From Octopus vulgaris (taxonomy: Eukaryota), in contig OX597826.1 of the NCBI GenBank assembly GCA_951406725.2, positions 45,942,001-46,006,000 on the forward strand: 64,000 bases of DNA, given 5' to 3'. The position numbers were made by a program, and so were the translations under genes. Of this stretch, positions 62,342 through 64,000 are shown piece by piece. Below the pieces are notes generated by a model, which saw only the letters and a list, made by a program, of their open reading frames with translations, had not been told where the DNA came from and did not search any database. The first letter of the stretch is position 1, and the number at the start of each line of letters is the position of its first letter.

Positions 62342-62434
62342 GATCATATGTTAAACAAATGGAGCTGTCTTGGGGAGGTGCAGTTGTCTGGTGAGGACAT
62401 TCTTTCTCTGGCATGGTTACATAATGGTGTTTTG
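62342..62434 (+). CDS. MED16: MED16 coding exon 3 (DHMLNKWSCLGEVQLSGEDILSLAWLHNGVL); gene continues beyond the window
   Basis: CTTCTTGCAG acceptor and GTAAGT donor, 93 nt, phase 0 to 0. DHMLNKW...GEDILSLAWLHNGV corresponds to MED16 DHLANSW...GDPIVALSWLHNGV. Confidence 0.92.
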
Positions 62435-63463
62435 GTAAGTGAGTTTACATCCCCTTTTCTACTACTGCTCATTATCCTTCTTCTCCTTCACCCCCATTGC
62501 TTGCTCCTCTCCTCTTCTTTCTCTGTTTATTCTCTCTTCATCTTTTCTCCTTCTTTCTTGCTTGCTTTTTTCCTTTCTTCTTTCTTTCTTGCTTGCTTCC
62601 TTCCTGTCTTTTCTTTTCCTTCTTTCATTGTCAAGATTTTATGGCATAAAAACTGGGGATGTCTTTTTGTAGAAGATGTGGATGCTGCCTCTTGAGTAAG
62701 TTTTCTGTGAAGTAGTAAGAATGACAAAAGTAATGCTGCAATGTCTGCTGGGTAATTTCAGATATACAGGTTCTATTTAATACCTTGTCATATGAACTAT
62801 GGTGAAGAGAGAAAATGGGTTTTTTTTCCTTTGTCCTTTTTTGTATGGTCTGGAAAAAGGGACTATCTATGGTCTTGGCATCATGTGCCAATTTAGAAGG
62901 TCTATGTGTAACAGCAGGATTTCTGATGTTAAGTCAAGTATACTGATTTGAGTTTCACCTCACTTTACTGGAGAACAAACAATCCCTCCAAGAATGGTCA
63001 GATCTATTAATCAACACTGTTAATGATTCTCTTGAATATCTGGAAGCCAGTGACTGTAGGAAAGACATTTGTAAGGAAAGGATTCTAGAGATCAGTGCAA
63101 GGTGTGTAAGTGTGGTGGGATGAACCCAGTATGGGTAACAAGAGGAGGAGAGCTGAGTGTGTCAGGAGTAACTGAGTTGGGTGGTGGTGGTATGAAATGA
63201 GACAGCTCTGAAGAACAAAGGCCTCAGTAGTGGTAGTACTAAAAAAGAGAGTATACACAGCATGTATATGGGCAAGGGGCCACAGTGTGTTGGTGATTGA
63301 TTATTACCAATCATATGAGCAATCTGTGTGTGTGTAGCAGCACTGGTCTATATTTGGGATCAAATACCCTGTATAGAATGTCTGTATGCGTAGCAGAAGC
63401 TGAGTTCCAAACCTGACATCAAGTACCAGTCTAGAATGTCTATGTGTAACAGCAGCAGCAGCA

Positions 63464-63674
63464 ACCGTTCAAGAATTTGGACCTGGAGATCTCCATTTCC
63501 AGCGACTTCGAGGGCCACCTCCCAGTGGTGTCGGGCGTCAACGAAGAGCCCTCGACTACAACAAAACGGGCAAAGTTTTTTTGTTTTTTTCCAAGGTCTG
63601 GGGTCTCCTGCCCCTAAGCCCTAGACCATCACCTAATCACCCTTACCCGACTTGTTGCTTAACAACAACAACAA
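63464..63674 (+). mobile_element. Second copy of the ~210-bp (CAA)n-tailed retroposon
   Basis: Colinear and highly similar to 5354-5564 (reverse complement). Flanked by an AGCAGCAGCAG duplication. It interrupts a segment whose empty counterpart is at ~62895-62980. Confidence 0.85.
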
Positions 63675-64000
63675 TAGCAGCAGCAGGATTTCTGATGATG
63701 AATCAAGTACATTGATTTGGGCCTCACCTCACTTTACCGGAGAGCAAACAGTTGTTTAGGAGTGGAATATTTCTGGTCCTGAGGAAGGAGGCCTGTCTTT
63801 TCCCTGATGTAGATTTTTGACCAGTGTTTTTGCTATTATCTTTGCTATGTTAAGTACATATGTCTGGCCCCGAGAGAGATCCTTAGTGATAGTGAAGCCT
63901 CATGATTTTTAGCAACCTTGAAGATTCCAGTTGCATGCTTTTCTTTTAGAGAGATGGTTGCAGAAATATTTTCTTGATTTGTCAGTTGGTTGTGTTGAAG

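Noticed and set aside
62435-62695. Hydrophobic extension of ORF 62336-62695
   Set aside because: It lies after the GTAAGT donor and is a pyrimidine-rich intron tract.
62700-64000. Possible decayed LINE endonuclease on the minus strand (CNWNLQG near 63925)
   Set aside because: Only one short motif is recognisable, which is too degraded to call.

Overview
This is AT-rich, microsatellite-dense eukaryotic DNA. The SINE families, (TA)n/(CA)n tracts and very long introns point to a coleoid cephalopod, most likely an octopus (inference). There are no prokaryotic features. The only confident host gene is the 5' part of MED16 (Mediator subunit 16) on the + strand. It has three in-phase coding exons (41907-42040, 53357-53534, 62342-62434) separated by 11.3-kb and 8.8-kb introns, and it continues past the window end. 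The rest is layered mobile DNA: at least four tRNA-headed SINE families, two CR1/L2-group LINE copies, RTE and CRE-like LINE fragments, Penelope-like remnants (YVDD reverse transcriptase and GIY-YIG), a full-length decayed mariner, maT, Tigger and hAT remnants, a Helitron, and an 825-bp fold-back element with a 9-bp TSD and telomeric repeats. The most notable unexplained signals are RNA-level. About nine hammerhead-ribozyme cores are present. One sits behind a tRNA-like Pol III head in a SINE-like unit, and two form an inverted pair in a MED16 intron. A 210-bp fixed-length retroposon carries an HDV/ingi-like ribozyme core. The LINE and the commonest SINE share a 3' hairpin with compensatory changes. 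CpG decay sets in abruptly at the MED16 gene body. All coordinates were read by eye; boundaries of degenerate repeats are approximate.
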